Positions 48,980 through 58,039 of a stretch of DNA of 64,000 nt are shown piece after piece. Both the position numbers and the translations under genes were made by a program. Source of the stretch: a virus (lineage: Duplodnaviria; Caudoviricetes); IMG/VR virus record IMGVR_UViG_3300028176_000004, positions 411 through 64,410 of that record; one strand, 5' to 3'. Below the pieces are notes generated by a model. The model worked only from the letters and a program-made list of their open reading frames with translations, did not search any database and was not told the origin of the DNA. The stretch's first letter is position 1. The number at the start of each line of letters is the position of its first letter.

Positions 48980-49282
48980 TCATTTGAATATAAATTTCAC
49001 TACATTATCAAATGGATATGGGACTATTTCCAGTGGGTGGTCGCCGTCTGTTTGTGCTGGATAAAACCCACTTCCATACGCTACATCTTTCCACACACCC
49101 ACTTCATTAAATCTAAAATCAATTGTAGCCACGGCAAACATTCCAGGCTGCTCCTTTAACTCTACGCAACACCCGATAATACCCGTCAGAACTGTTTGAG
49201 CCTCCTTCGTGGCTTCCTGATGAGGTGTATATATACGGTCTTGTTTATCTGATTTCATATATGTCGCTTTCAATAATCGCAA
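48980..49282 (-). CDS. Hypothetical protein
   Basis: 100-aa ORF. Confidence 0.55.
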   Translation of the reverse strand: MRLLKATYMKSDKQDRIYTPHQEATKEAQTVLTGIIGCCVELKEQPGMFAVATIDFRFNEVGVWKDVAYGSGFYPAQTDGDHPLEIVPYPFDNVVKFIFK

Positions 49283-49321
49283 ATTCCAGTTTTACATAAT
49301 CGATTAACAGCCATATTATCA

Positions 49322-49684
49322 TCACAGTTTCTTTCCATGTTTAAATGGCCTGTACCGATTGTATTCCATCTTAGCCACCACTGCCTTCAATACCGCTAAA
49401 CTTTCCACCGCTGCCAAGTCTAACACCCGTATAATCACATCAGCAAGTTCTTCTTCCAACAAGCTGAAATTGGGTGTGTGGTCTGATGGCTTTCTGCCTA
49501 TTATTTCTATCTCTGTATGAAAATCAATTCGTGCAGCTTCTACTGCCTCAGCTACTTCCGTCATAATCAATGCCAGTCTTTCAATGACAGATGTTTTACG
49601 GTCATGGAATCCGTGCTGTTTGGGATGATTTCCTTTTGAGGTGTTCTTGTTTTGTCGCCGCTGCCGCTGCTTCCATAGCTTCAC
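49322..49684 (-). CDS. MazG-like nucleotide pyrophosphohydrolase (start uncertain)
   Basis: HGFHD...LALIMTEVAEAVEA...EEELADVIIRVLD...AKMEYNRYRPFKHGK. Confidence 0.8.
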   Translation of the reverse strand: MKLWKQRQRRQNKNTSKGNHPKQHGFHDRKTSVIERLALIMTEVAEAVEAARIDFHTEIEIIGRKPSDHTPNFSLLEEELADVIIRVLDLAAVESLAVLKAVVAKMEYNRYRPFKHGKKL

Positions 49685-50018
49685 CCAGGGACTTCGCTGC
49701 CGGTCTTTCTACCTTGTCCGGTGCTTCCAAAATATTCACTGAGGGCAGGATGAAATATATGGCGTTGGTTGGAACCGCAAGAAACGCTCTGCCGCCCTCA
49801 TTAGTATCCACGCCACCATTGGGGTAAAAGTTATATGTCGCCCATACACTTTCCTCATCCAACCTTATCCCCAGAACAAATTCTTTACTACGTCTGCCCT
49901 GCTTACAAATCTCAGCAAACATCGTCTTTTCTTCTTCCGTCAGTAATTTCAATCCCACCCTATTATTCTTCAGGGCATCGGCAACGGCCTTTTGTTTCTT
50001 GGTTAGAAAAATAGTCAT
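49602..50018 (-). CDS. Hypothetical protein
   Basis: 138-aa ORF with SD GGAG; overlaps the MazG frame. Confidence 0.6.
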   Translation of the reverse strand: MTIFLTKKQKAVADALKNNRVGLKLLTEEEKTMFAEICKQGRRSKEFVLGIRLDEESVWATYNFYPNGGVDTNEGGRAFLAVPTNAIYFILPSVNILEAPDKVERPAAKSLGEAMEAAAAATKQEHLKRKSSQTARIP

Positions 50019-50049
50019 AATATCTCCAAATTAAATTATCATTGATTTC

Positions 50050-50063
50050 AGTATATTATCGTT
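50050..50063 (-). promoter_or_regulatory. ACGATA-type promoter motif (AACGATAATATACT); further copy at 50154-50167
   Basis: Intergenic, upstream of the MazG-containing operon. Confidence 0.55.
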
Positions 50064-50378
50064 CATCCATTGATTTCCAGCCACAAAGAATCTGTGATGG
50101 GATAATCTCTGAACTTTTTCATTATAGCCCCTTTATGTTTTAATTAGTTCTTTGATATATTATCGTACATAAATCATAAATACAAATGGCCTGGGTGAAA
50201 CTTAATCCACCCAGGCCCTCTGGTTGTCTGCTTTTTCTTAAAAATTTAACTTATTTTTAACGAGGCATTCCATATTGCGTGGAACTGCGGAAACGTGGCA
50301 GAACACCACAAAGGCATGCTGGTTTGAAACTTACCATATATAACATTTCTTATAATCTTAACATAATAAACTCAACCT

Positions 50379-50621
50379 TTAGGTCGGCCAGTGTTTGGGT
50401 ATGTGTTTGGAAAATTTATCAAGAATTTCATGTAAATCATCCCATGGGATTGGATACCCACCAGCTCCACTAACACATAACTTTAGATATTCAGATATCA
50501 CCGGCACGCTCAAACTATCTTGTGCCCGAATAATAAACACCGGTTCATCATCCGGTATATTTGGAATATCAATCTTTCCATATTTCAAAGATATAGCCAT
50601 TTCACATCCTTTCAAAATCAT
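50379..50621 (-). CDS. Small hypothetical protein (DEPVFIIRAQD motif)
   Basis: 80-aa ORF preceded by the motif TACGATAGTATAAT at 50636-50649. Confidence 0.6.
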   Translation of the reverse strand: MILKGCEMAISLKYGKIDIPNIPDDEPVFIIRAQDSLSVPVISEYLKLCVSGAGGYPIPWDDLHEILDKFSKHIPKHWPT

Positions 50622-50662
50622 TATTAAATCGTAACATTATACTATCGTACATAGATGCAATA

Positions 50663-50953
50663 TCACACTTCTTCCGTCATAACCCTCGATGCGGAATAAT
50701 ACGGTGAACGGAATTCAATCTTTAGATTTTTCATAAATTTCATCCCGTCCTTAGGAAAGAACCGTTCACCCATCTCACCCATTATTCCTTTTGTCTGTAA
50801 CGCTTTGGCAAACTCTGAGTTTATTCCACTCCAATCAAACTTACCATCTGAATATGTAATAGTACCATCAACAACTTCCTTGAAAGTTTTATCCGGCCCG
50901 TCTTGTAGTGATATAAAATTCACCCTATGTATCTTTTTTGTTTTCTTTGCCAT
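50663..50953 (-). CDS. Small protein downstream of the MuF-kinase (immunity candidate)
   Basis: 96 aa, starts 13 nt after the MuF stop, SD AAAGGA. Confidence 0.6.
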   Translation of the reverse strand: MAKKTKKIHRVNFISLQDGPDKTFKEVVDGTITYSDGKFDWSGINSEFAKALQTKGIMGEMGERFFPKDGMKFMKNLKIEFRSPYYSASRVMTEEV

Positions 50954-50966
50954 TTTGTACTTTCCT

Positions 50967-52910
50967 TTAATTCGTATTCACCATAAAATTAATCGTGGAC
51001 TCACCCAATTTCAGCTTTTCTTTATTTTTTGGAAGTCTCTTATTTTCTAACATCCATTGATTTCGATAAAACACCTCATCAACTTCTTTGGGTGATAGTA
51101 ACTTCTGTAATGTTGCACGAACTTCGGCTTCAGAATCCTTTAACCGCTGACAAGCGGCAACCAAATCATCACTCAACGCCACCAGCTTCCCACTCTCAGC
51201 CCATCGGTCAGCTTTTAAGAATCCGTAACAACGAATATATAAATCATCTTCATATTGCGCCCCTATCAATTGAAACGCTAATCCATTATCAATCGCCGCA
51301 ACTTTTTGAACGCCGTTTATGCTGTATATCATAGCATTGGATGAGTGCCTGTCAGTTTGTCCGATAATAAAATCAAACATTGCTAATTTAGTATCATCCA
51401 CCGCCAAATACACTCCTTTAACATCCCCTGGAACCCCAAATCTCAAACCATTCTCTAATTCTCTAACTGTTTTGGCATTGTTTACAAAATATTGAAAACT
51501 TCCCACCTCACCTTTAATTTCCTTCAACACCGTGGGTGGTACCAAGTTCAAGTCCATTACAGTATCTATTTGATATGCTGCCACTTCACGGTTCGCATAC
51601 GTTCCGGCTGGGATGCCCCTTCTCAATCTTGGTTCTTCTTGCGATATAGGTTTGTGAACACCTTTGATACCATTGGATACTTTATAACTACCATTGGCAC
51701 CACTATTAATGGGCTCATACGTTACGGAATCCGCCACTGATAATTTCTTTTCAATAATCGGTTTGTATTTTTTGGAATAGTCGGATGTTAATGGTAATTC
51801 ATCCGACACCACCGGCTGCGGTATGGTGGTGGGCTTTCCGGTGGATGTTCTTTTTATCATGGTGGACTTCTTCTGCGCTTCGGCCTTGGCTTTGCGTAGT
51901 ATAGAACGTGCCCTGCGGTCGGCTGCTGCGAATGGATTGAGCCCAGAAGTTCTTATGGGTTTCAGTGTTTTCATCTTCAACGCACCGGAATCGGTCGCAG
52001 TTCCCCTATATCTGGGTGGTTCGGCTGCCGTACTGTCCGCAGGTGCGGCTTTCTTCGCTTCGCTGGCCTTTGACTTGGGCTTCAAGAATACCGGCCTCCA
52101 AGAGCACCTACAATTGGGATGTACCGGTATCAATCCACGGGCTTCGTCAATCGTCATCACCTGCCCCTCTAATCCGGCACACTGCTCGCATACCTTCTCA
52201 TCATGACTGGTAGACAATTCCACATCAGCAACAACTTCCTTGAACCCCATCTTTTCCAAACCATCCAACTGCCCTTCCGCATGGGCGTGGATGACTTCGG
52301 TTCGGGCCAATACCAACGCCCTCTTACGAGTGATAGCACCTATGGAGTTGTTGATATTACGTGCTATCTCAAAAGGACTTTTTCCATGAACTAATCCGTC
52401 AGCCATAATCGTAGACAACTGTGAGGCCATAGTGTCCGTGATACCCTTAAGCTGATTATATGCCCGCTCATAGACCATCTGGACTTTCGACATCATTTCT
52501 GGGGCCGCAAAAGCACTCGTCAGGAACTCTGCTTGGCGTCCATTATAGTATTCTGGCTTTTCATTAAACCCACGGGCCTTCTGCGCTTCGTTGAAACTTC
52601 GCACTACGCCTTTTTTATAAGCACTTTCCACATACTTATTCGTCCATAATAATTTTTTATTATCAACGTCCAGCACGCCAGCTTCAATCTGCTTATCCAA
52701 CCAAGCTCGAAATGCTTTGGCTTTTTCCGCATCCGTCACGAACTGAAAACGTGGAACCGCATTACCAATAAACTTGGCCGGTCGTAGGTTCAACATATCG
52801 TTTTTTATAATGGCGTCATTTATTGTACCTCGTAGTTGCCGGAATCGTTTATTCATCTCACCAACAAACTGTCTACGAAGCAATGTTGTTCTGCTTGGGT
52901 CTGTTTTCAT
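50967..52910 (-). CDS. Head morphogenesis protein (MuF/SPP1 gp7) fused to a PI3/4-kinase/HipA-like C-terminal kinase
   Basis: MuF core IARTE-like LARTEVIHAH...VCEQC...IPVHPNCRC; kinase motifs SGANGSY, VHKP, REVAAY, QTDRHSSN, IDNGLAF. Confidence 0.85.
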   Translation of the reverse strand: MKTDPSRTTLLRRQFVGEMNKRFRQLRGTINDAIIKNDMLNLRPAKFIGNAVPRFQFVTDAEKAKAFRAWLDKQIEAGVLDVDNKKLLWTNKYVESAYKKGVVRSFNEAQKARGFNEKPEYYNGRQAEFLTSAFAAPEMMSKVQMVYERAYNQLKGITDTMASQLSTIMADGLVHGKSPFEIARNINNSIGAITRKRALVLARTEVIHAHAEGQLDGLEKMGFKEVVADVELSTSHDEKVCEQCAGLEGQVMTIDEARGLIPVHPNCRCSWRPVFLKPKSKASEAKKAAPADSTAAEPPRYRGTATDSGALKMKTLKPIRTSGLNPFAAADRRARSILRKAKAEAQKKSTMIKRTSTGKPTTIPQPVVSDELPLTSDYSKKYKPIIEKKLSVADSVTYEPINSGANGSYKVSNGIKGVHKPISQEEPRLRRGIPAGTYANREVAAYQIDTVMDLNLVPPTVLKEIKGEVGSFQYFVNNAKTVRELENGLRFGVPGDVKGVYLAVDDTKLAMFDFIIGQTDRHSSNAMIYSINGVQKVAAIDNGLAFQLIGAQYEDDLYIRCYGFLKADRWAESGKLVALSDDLVAACQRLKDSEAEVRATLQKLLSPKEVDEVFYRNQWMLENKRLPKNKEKLKLGESTINFMVNTN

Positions 52911-52921
52911 TATTTATCCCT

Positions 52922-54403
52922 TTACTTTTTAACAACAACCTTTTTAACAGGCTTCTTCTCATCCTTACTCGTTGGGGTCTGCTCTATTGGGGTGCCGTCT
53001 GGATTGACTTCGGGCAACGGTTCTTCTTCAATCCTCTCACCATCTTCCGTCCAGCCGCTTTGTTCCTTCATAATGGCTGCGGCTTCGTCTTCAGTATACC
53101 CCATCACCATAGTAAGATACAATTGCGGGGGCATTAAGCTATCTACGCCGCCAGCCACATATTTTACCAGGGCATCGGTTTTGTGAACGATGATTTTTGC
53201 TTTTTCTTCTTCCGTCATTTCTTCATCCGGTTCCCAGAACACAAAATACTCTTCAATAAACGGCAGCACGCCCATCAGCATCAATCGGTCGATTAACGGC
53301 ATCAAGATGCTTTCCGTAGCATAGGATGTTTGACGTTTATAAATACGCCGCCGCCATGCTTTGCTATCTTGGCTGGATGATAGTTCACCACGTTCACTTC
53401 CTTCGAATATACGCTTGGGAACGTTCAATGATACGCATATGAAGTTAACTTGTGCGTCCAGGTGTCCGGTTGGGTCGGCAACTTGCGGTTCCAATGATTT
53501 CGCCGTGACGCCGCTCAAAGCTAAATAACGTTGAAGACCTTGTGAGTAAGCATCCATTTGCTCTTTGATACTTTCTTCATCCAACGTCACATCCTGTAAA
53601 TCAGGATTAATCTCAAACGACAATCCTGGGAATCCACCATTCCAAAACATTTGACCGCTGCCGCCCAGAATCTTTTTAATATCCAAAAGCTGATTATATA
53701 CCTTTTTCATTCTTGGCGTTCCAAACAATTCACTCCCACGCCGATTGTCAGCTGTATGAAGAACCCTGGTCCAATGAACTACTAATGTTTTTGTTTCACC
53801 ATTAGAACCAGTATCAATGATTATGTTATAACTCATTGGCATACCATATCGTGGTGAGTTGATATCCCCACAAGTTCGGTTGATAGTTATCTTACTTTCA
53901 TCAAACACTTTCAAATATAAAAGTTCTTTTTCACCACCACCATTGCCTTTCATTACACCCGTAATTTCATCAATACCATCCACGTAATCAGACAATGGTT
54001 TTCCGTCATTGATACCAAAAAGCATTAATCCATATCTACCAATTCCGCTCAATATATCCAACTCCTGTGTATAAGAATACAAATGGGACTGTTTAATCAA
54101 CGCCACCATCTTTTTCTCAAACTCAGTTTCATTGCTTTCTTCTGTCTCGTAGATGAGGGGGAACTGTCCCCAAGTCTCCTCAGGAAACAACTCAACTACT
54201 CTTCCAGCCAATCCATTCCTTTCATACATCACCTTATAATCATTGATAGTTATCTCAGTTGGATACCCGCATTCATTATCTACATTATCATTGGATGTAG
54301 TTAAGTTTCTCAATATACTCTCTCGTATACTGGTAGCATTTTGGATAATATTAAAATCATCCATATTTACTTTTAACTTTCTCATTGTCTTATTTCCTTT
54401 CAT
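52922..54403 (-). CDS. Portal protein (DUF1073-type)
   Basis: RNGLAGRVVELFPEETW, VHWTRVLH, FGTPRM, VPKRIFEGSERGELSSSQD; follows the terminase. Confidence 0.85.
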   Translation of the reverse strand: MKGNKTMRKLKVNMDDFNIIQNATSIRESILRNLTTSNDNVDNECGYPTEITINDYKVMYERNGLAGRVVELFPEETWGQFPLIYETEESNETEFEKKMVALIKQSHLYSYTQELDILSGIGRYGLMLFGINDGKPLSDYVDGIDEITGVMKGNGGGEKELLYLKVFDESKITINRTCGDINSPRYGMPMSYNIIIDTGSNGETKTLVVHWTRVLHTADNRRGSELFGTPRMKKVYNQLLDIKKILGGSGQMFWNGGFPGLSFEINPDLQDVTLDEESIKEQMDAYSQGLQRYLALSGVTAKSLEPQVADPTGHLDAQVNFICVSLNVPKRIFEGSERGELSSSQDSKAWRRRIYKRQTSYATESILMPLIDRLMLMGVLPFIEEYFVFWEPDEEMTEEEKAKIIVHKTDALVKYVAGGVDSLMPPQLYLTMVMGYTEDEAAAIMKEQSGWTEDGERIEEEPLPEVNPDGTPIEQTPTSKDEKKPVKKVVVKK

Positions 54404-54469
54404 TTTTTCTTTTTTATTTTTATCATTGATTTATATTTTGCATCTATACCTTACCAATGATATTTATTT

Positions 54470-55975
54470 CTAATATCTCTTTTTCCATCCACCAACCACA
54501 GTTACCTTTTTATTCAGAATATTGAAAGCACCTGAGCTGGCGTCTGTTTGGTCTTTGTATTTGCTGTATGGAAAGAACTCCAGCTCATCGATATATGCCT
54601 TGTTCCATAGACCTGGTTTCATGAATACATTACCATTATTCACCTGGACGCTGTATGGGTCGGCACGGGTGGTTTTATCGCCGGATGGTCTGTCGGTTAT
54701 GACTTTGTGGCCTGGAAGGTTTTTGACGGTGTTCTCGGCACTCTCTTTTCCGCCACTTCCTGGTTCTTGCTCTAATCCTATTTTGACTTCACGTCCATCC
54801 ATATTGGCCGTCTCTTTTATTATTCTTTCTCTTTTTTCGCTGCTCCATTGACCTCTGACTACATCCAATATCCAGAATCTCTTACTCAAATCCAACCCCA
54901 GTAAAACACCCACCGTGTATGCACCGCCGTCCTTGGTTCCGGCCTTGTCCCAGAATCGAATTTTACTGGCAAATTTAGCTGGCGGCAACTCCACACTTAT
55001 GCGTTCCGTTTTGAACATTCCGCCGCCTAAAGGAACTGGGTGTTGACTGAACTGTCCGGCATATGCATACTCACCCAACGCTGTACGGTTCTCAGCCAAT
55101 ATCTTTTTACTCAATCGAACTTCATCCATCAATCCATTGGTATAATACTTTCGCAAACCCTTCGGTTTTATCAATGGACTTTCCTCAGCAGGTAAACAGA
55201 TATGCTTGAGTGGGTATTCGCCGGTGTCGGCCAGAAGTTGTTCCGCCTTTTCTATCATCTTGGTGGTGGGGTCGTCTTGATGCAGTCTTTGCATAATTAG
55301 TATTATGGGTGTCACGCTTTTATTTCTCTTTCGTGTTGGCAGAGTTTCACTCATCCATCGGTTGGCTGTACGCAATTCCGTCTCACTAATCGCCTGATTT
55401 GGGTTCAACGGGTCATCCACAATAATGAAATCACCGTGCTTGCCCGTAATGCTACCACCCACACCTACAGACATCCTGGCACCTTTTTTGGTAGTTGCAA
55501 AATAACTTTTGGTATTCTGGTCTTCAGATAATACCACCCACGGAACCAGTTTTTTATTCTTGAGGGAATAACGAGTGCTGAAGCATTTTTGATACTTCTC
55601 ACTCATTACCACATCACGATTTTTACGGCTCAAGTCCATTGCTAAATTATCAGCATAGCTTCCACCAATGATACCAGCTGAGGGCATACACGTCCATATC
55701 CACGCCGGCAAAAAGATACTACATATGCTGCTTTTACTCGTGCCTGGGCTGATGTTTATCACCAAGTCATATTCTTTCTCTTTTCGGGCAAATACTCTTT
55801 CAGATATGGCCTGAAGTTCGTTACATAAATATTCGATGTGCCAATTCAAAACAATCGGTTCGGGTACAACTTCATCCCAAAATTCCTTTACAAAATCGAA
55901 AAAACTTTCACGGCATACGCTCGCAACTACATCATAATAATCAAACGCCGGTTGTACTGGTTTACATAGCTTCAT
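54470..55975 (-). CDS. terL: Terminase large subunit
   Basis: INISPGTSKS Walker A, IIVDDP, IMQRLHQDD, FWDKA...YT nuclease motif, DQTDASS. Confidence 0.92.
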   Translation of the reverse strand: MKLCKPVQPAFDYYDVVASVCRESFFDFVKEFWDEVVPEPIVLNWHIEYLCNELQAISERVFARKEKEYDLVINISPGTSKSSICSIFLPAWIWTCMPSAGIIGGSYADNLAMDLSRKNRDVVMSEKYQKCFSTRYSLKNKKLVPWVVLSEDQNTKSYFATTKKGARMSVGVGGSITGKHGDFIIVDDPLNPNQAISETELRTANRWMSETLPTRKRNKSVTPIILIMQRLHQDDPTTKMIEKAEQLLADTGEYPLKHICLPAEESPLIKPKGLRKYYTNGLMDEVRLSKKILAENRTALGEYAYAGQFSQHPVPLGGGMFKTERISVELPPAKFASKIRFWDKAGTKDGGAYTVGVLLGLDLSKRFWILDVVRGQWSSEKRERIIKETANMDGREVKIGLEQEPGSGGKESAENTVKNLPGHKVITDRPSGDKTTRADPYSVQVNNGNVFMKPGLWNKAYIDELEFFPYSKYKDQTDASSGAFNILNKKVTVVGGWKKRY

Positions 55976-56765
55976 TCGTCACCAGCTTTCTTCGGTTCAT
56001 TGACTCCAAAATCCTTCGCCTGTCTTCCAACGACAACTCCAATTCATCCACCGTCATAACAGTGTGATTTACTTCGCCGCTCACGTTCATATTCAAATCG
56101 ATTTTTTCTGAATAGCCTCTGTCCTTGTTCAAAGTCTTATTCGCAAAAATTGTAGCTTGGGTGTCGCCACTCGCAATGAGATTGAATAAACTGTCTTCTA
56201 AAAAGTTCTTGCGGTGCCAAAGAATCTGCTCGATTAATTCAGCAAATCCTGGGTCATTTTCCTTCCAATAATAAAACATTCGCTTATCGATACCAACCAC
56301 ACGCATTGCTTGACTGATGCTGAAATTAAAAGCAACCCAAGCATGGATGAAAAGATATTGGCGTGCGCGTTTGGTTCCTCTTTCGGTGAAAAGTTTTTCG
56401 ATTTTTTCTTGCCCCGATATTCCCATATCATTGATAAGTTCGATTTCATCCCACAACGGTTTTAATGCCTTGGGTAGTTTTCCGGTTACATATTTACTGA
56501 ATGAAAGTGGCTCCAATTCTCTCTGTTTATAAATTCGATAACCTCGTGCGATTGCGTTTTTGAAGATGGGCCGCTTCTTTTTCCAGGCGGAATACGTTCC
56601 AATATTTATTCCCAACGCACTCGAAATTTTAAATTCACTGATACCGCTTCTTGCGAGTTCATATGCTGTTATTGGCATATCATCATTCCATTTTCCCAAC
56701 GGTCGGTTTATCATATTTCGTTTCTTTTTTATCATACGTACCTCTTTTATAAATATCAATCTCAC
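55962..56765 (-). CDS. Terminase small subunit-like HTH protein
   Basis: Two HTH segments, TIFANKTLNKDRGY; immediately upstream of terL. Confidence 0.7.
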   Translation of the reverse strand: MRLIFIKEVRMIKKKRNMINRPLGKWNDDMPITAYELARSGISEFKISSALGINIGTYSAWKKKRPIFKNAIARGYRIYKQRELEPLSFSKYVTGKLPKALKPLWDEIELINDMGISGQEKIEKLFTERGTKRARQYLFIHAWVAFNFSISQAMRVVGIDKRMFYYWKENDPGFAELIEQILWHRKNFLEDSLFNLIASGDTQATIFANKTLNKDRGYSEKIDLNMNVSGEVNHTVMTVDELELSLEDRRRILESMNRRKLVTNEAM

Positions 56766-56897
56766 TCTATTATACTATAACAACGCAGAAAAAAAAGTAT
56801 ATATTATATATATGGAAGTTTATTAGTGAAATTGGCTTATTATTATCCGGTCGTGAGGGTACTTATCAGTTATTATTTGAAACTTTTTATGATAAAT

Positions 56898-57043
56898 TTT
56901 CCCACAGGCCGGATGTAAAAACGTGGATTTTAGAAAAAATCATAAAAATCTTGAAAAAAGACGTTAACTTATAAGCTTAAAAGATTATAATCATATTCAG
57001 TAGTTAAGTAAATTTGAATATTAAAACGATTTTGAAAGGTTAG
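56898..57043 (+). promoter_or_regulatory. Repeated promoter cassette (copy 4, inverted; -35 box TTAACT)
   Basis: 145/146 nt identical to the reverse complement of 18505-18650; mismatch at 56966. Confidence 0.85.
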
Positions 57044-57047
57044 AACG

Positions 57048-57244
57048 ATGCTAACAGTAGTAACATTAGATGAAAATAATAGAGTGATACGTTGTAATTT
57101 AGTCCAAAACTTATCTATCAAAGGTATGCTAAATTGAATAAAAATACCGGAATACAATACACCGGTGAACGTATTAAAAATGGTCTACACGTCAGAACAT
57201 ATATGTGTGGAAATGAAACTATTATTGTAACTGAAATAAAATAA
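57048..57244 (+). CDS. Two tiny coupled ORFs (29 aa at 57048-57137; 36 aa from TTG at 57134-57244)
   Basis: The first follows the cassette SD; the second overlaps its TGA. Could instead be one frameshifted gene. Confidence 0.35.
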
Positions 57245-57282
57245 TCCCTTACCATCCACATAAACCATAACAGGAGCAAATT

Positions 57283-57531
57283 ATGAGAAGAAAAATAAAA
57301 ATCACAGCAAAAAATAAATTTCACAATACATCAAGTTATTTCTATGCGTGGGGTGATACCCGATTTTACATCACCAGAAGACAATACAAATATATGTGGT
57401 CTAAACTTTGCGGAACCTATGGTTGCTGCTGCGGTGTAGAATTAATGGATGGTGATGGAAATTTGTATTCCTTGAAAGCCTTCCCTTTACACACCTCTAA
57501 TTCAGATACATATGAATTGATAAAAGAATAA
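57283..57531 (+). CDS. Hypothetical Cys-containing protein (best-supported plus-strand gene)
   Basis: 82 aa, SD AGGAG, CGTYGCCCG, followed by a terminator. Confidence 0.65.
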   Translation: MRRKIKITAKNKFHNTSSYFYAWGDTRFYITRRQYKYMWSKLCGTYGCCCGVELMDGDGNLYSLKAFPLHTSNSDTYELIKE

Positions 57532-57573
57532 CCAACCCATGGCAGGTCGCATCCTGCCCAAATACCACTAAAT

Positions 57574-57607
57574 AAAAAGCATTAGAATCGCCACTCTAAT
57601 GCTTTTT
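57574..57607. terminator. Bidirectional intrinsic terminator
   Basis: AAAAAGCATTAGA-8 nt-TCTAATGCTTTTT between convergent genes. Confidence 0.85.
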
Positions 57608-57675
57608 TAGTTTTACCCTTCCCGATACCCATCAGCAGGATAATAATCACACCTACACACAGCCGCTTTGCTTGT

Positions 57676-57825
57676 TTACCACTTCGTCCAACTCAATAGA
57701 ACATATACCAAAAACATCTGAATAAGAAATAGCATATGAAGAAATATCTCACCCGTAGAAATTCCATTAGCGTAACATAGAGCAATCGTGATTAACAAGC
57801 TCCATAGAATCTTATTTCCCCTCAT
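57676..57825 (-). CDS. Small membrane protein (49 aa)
   Basis: MRGNKILWSLLITIALC...FLIQMFLVYVLLSWTKW. Confidence 0.45.
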   Translation of the reverse strand: MRGNKILWSLLITIALCYANGISTGEIFLHMLFLIQMFLVYVLLSWTKW

Positions 57826-58039
57826 TATCACCCACCTTCGGCCATTCCAAGAATCTGGTGAATGTCCTTCGAAAATCAGAACTTTGTAAAATTGCGATGT
57901 GTGGTTTCTTTTCCACAACCGTGTACCCGATGGCCTTCATATGCTTAATCCGCTTCACCAGGTCTTTTCTCTTCACAGCATACACGCTCACCACCCTGGC
58001 TGGCGTCTCGTGGTTCGTTACAACTTCAGACCACATCAC
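57812..58039 (-). CDS. Hypothetical protein
   Basis: 75-aa ORF coupled to the SbcC C-half stop. Confidence 0.55.
   Translation of the reverse strand: MMWSEVVTNHETPARVVSVYAVKRKDLVKRIKHMKAIGYTVVEKKPHIAILQSSDFRRTFTRFLEWPKVGDNEGK

Noticed and set aside
50220-50340. Possible tRNA/ncRNA in the intergenic region
   Set aside because: No cloverleaf or T-loop motif could be built; only a 26-aa ORF without support.
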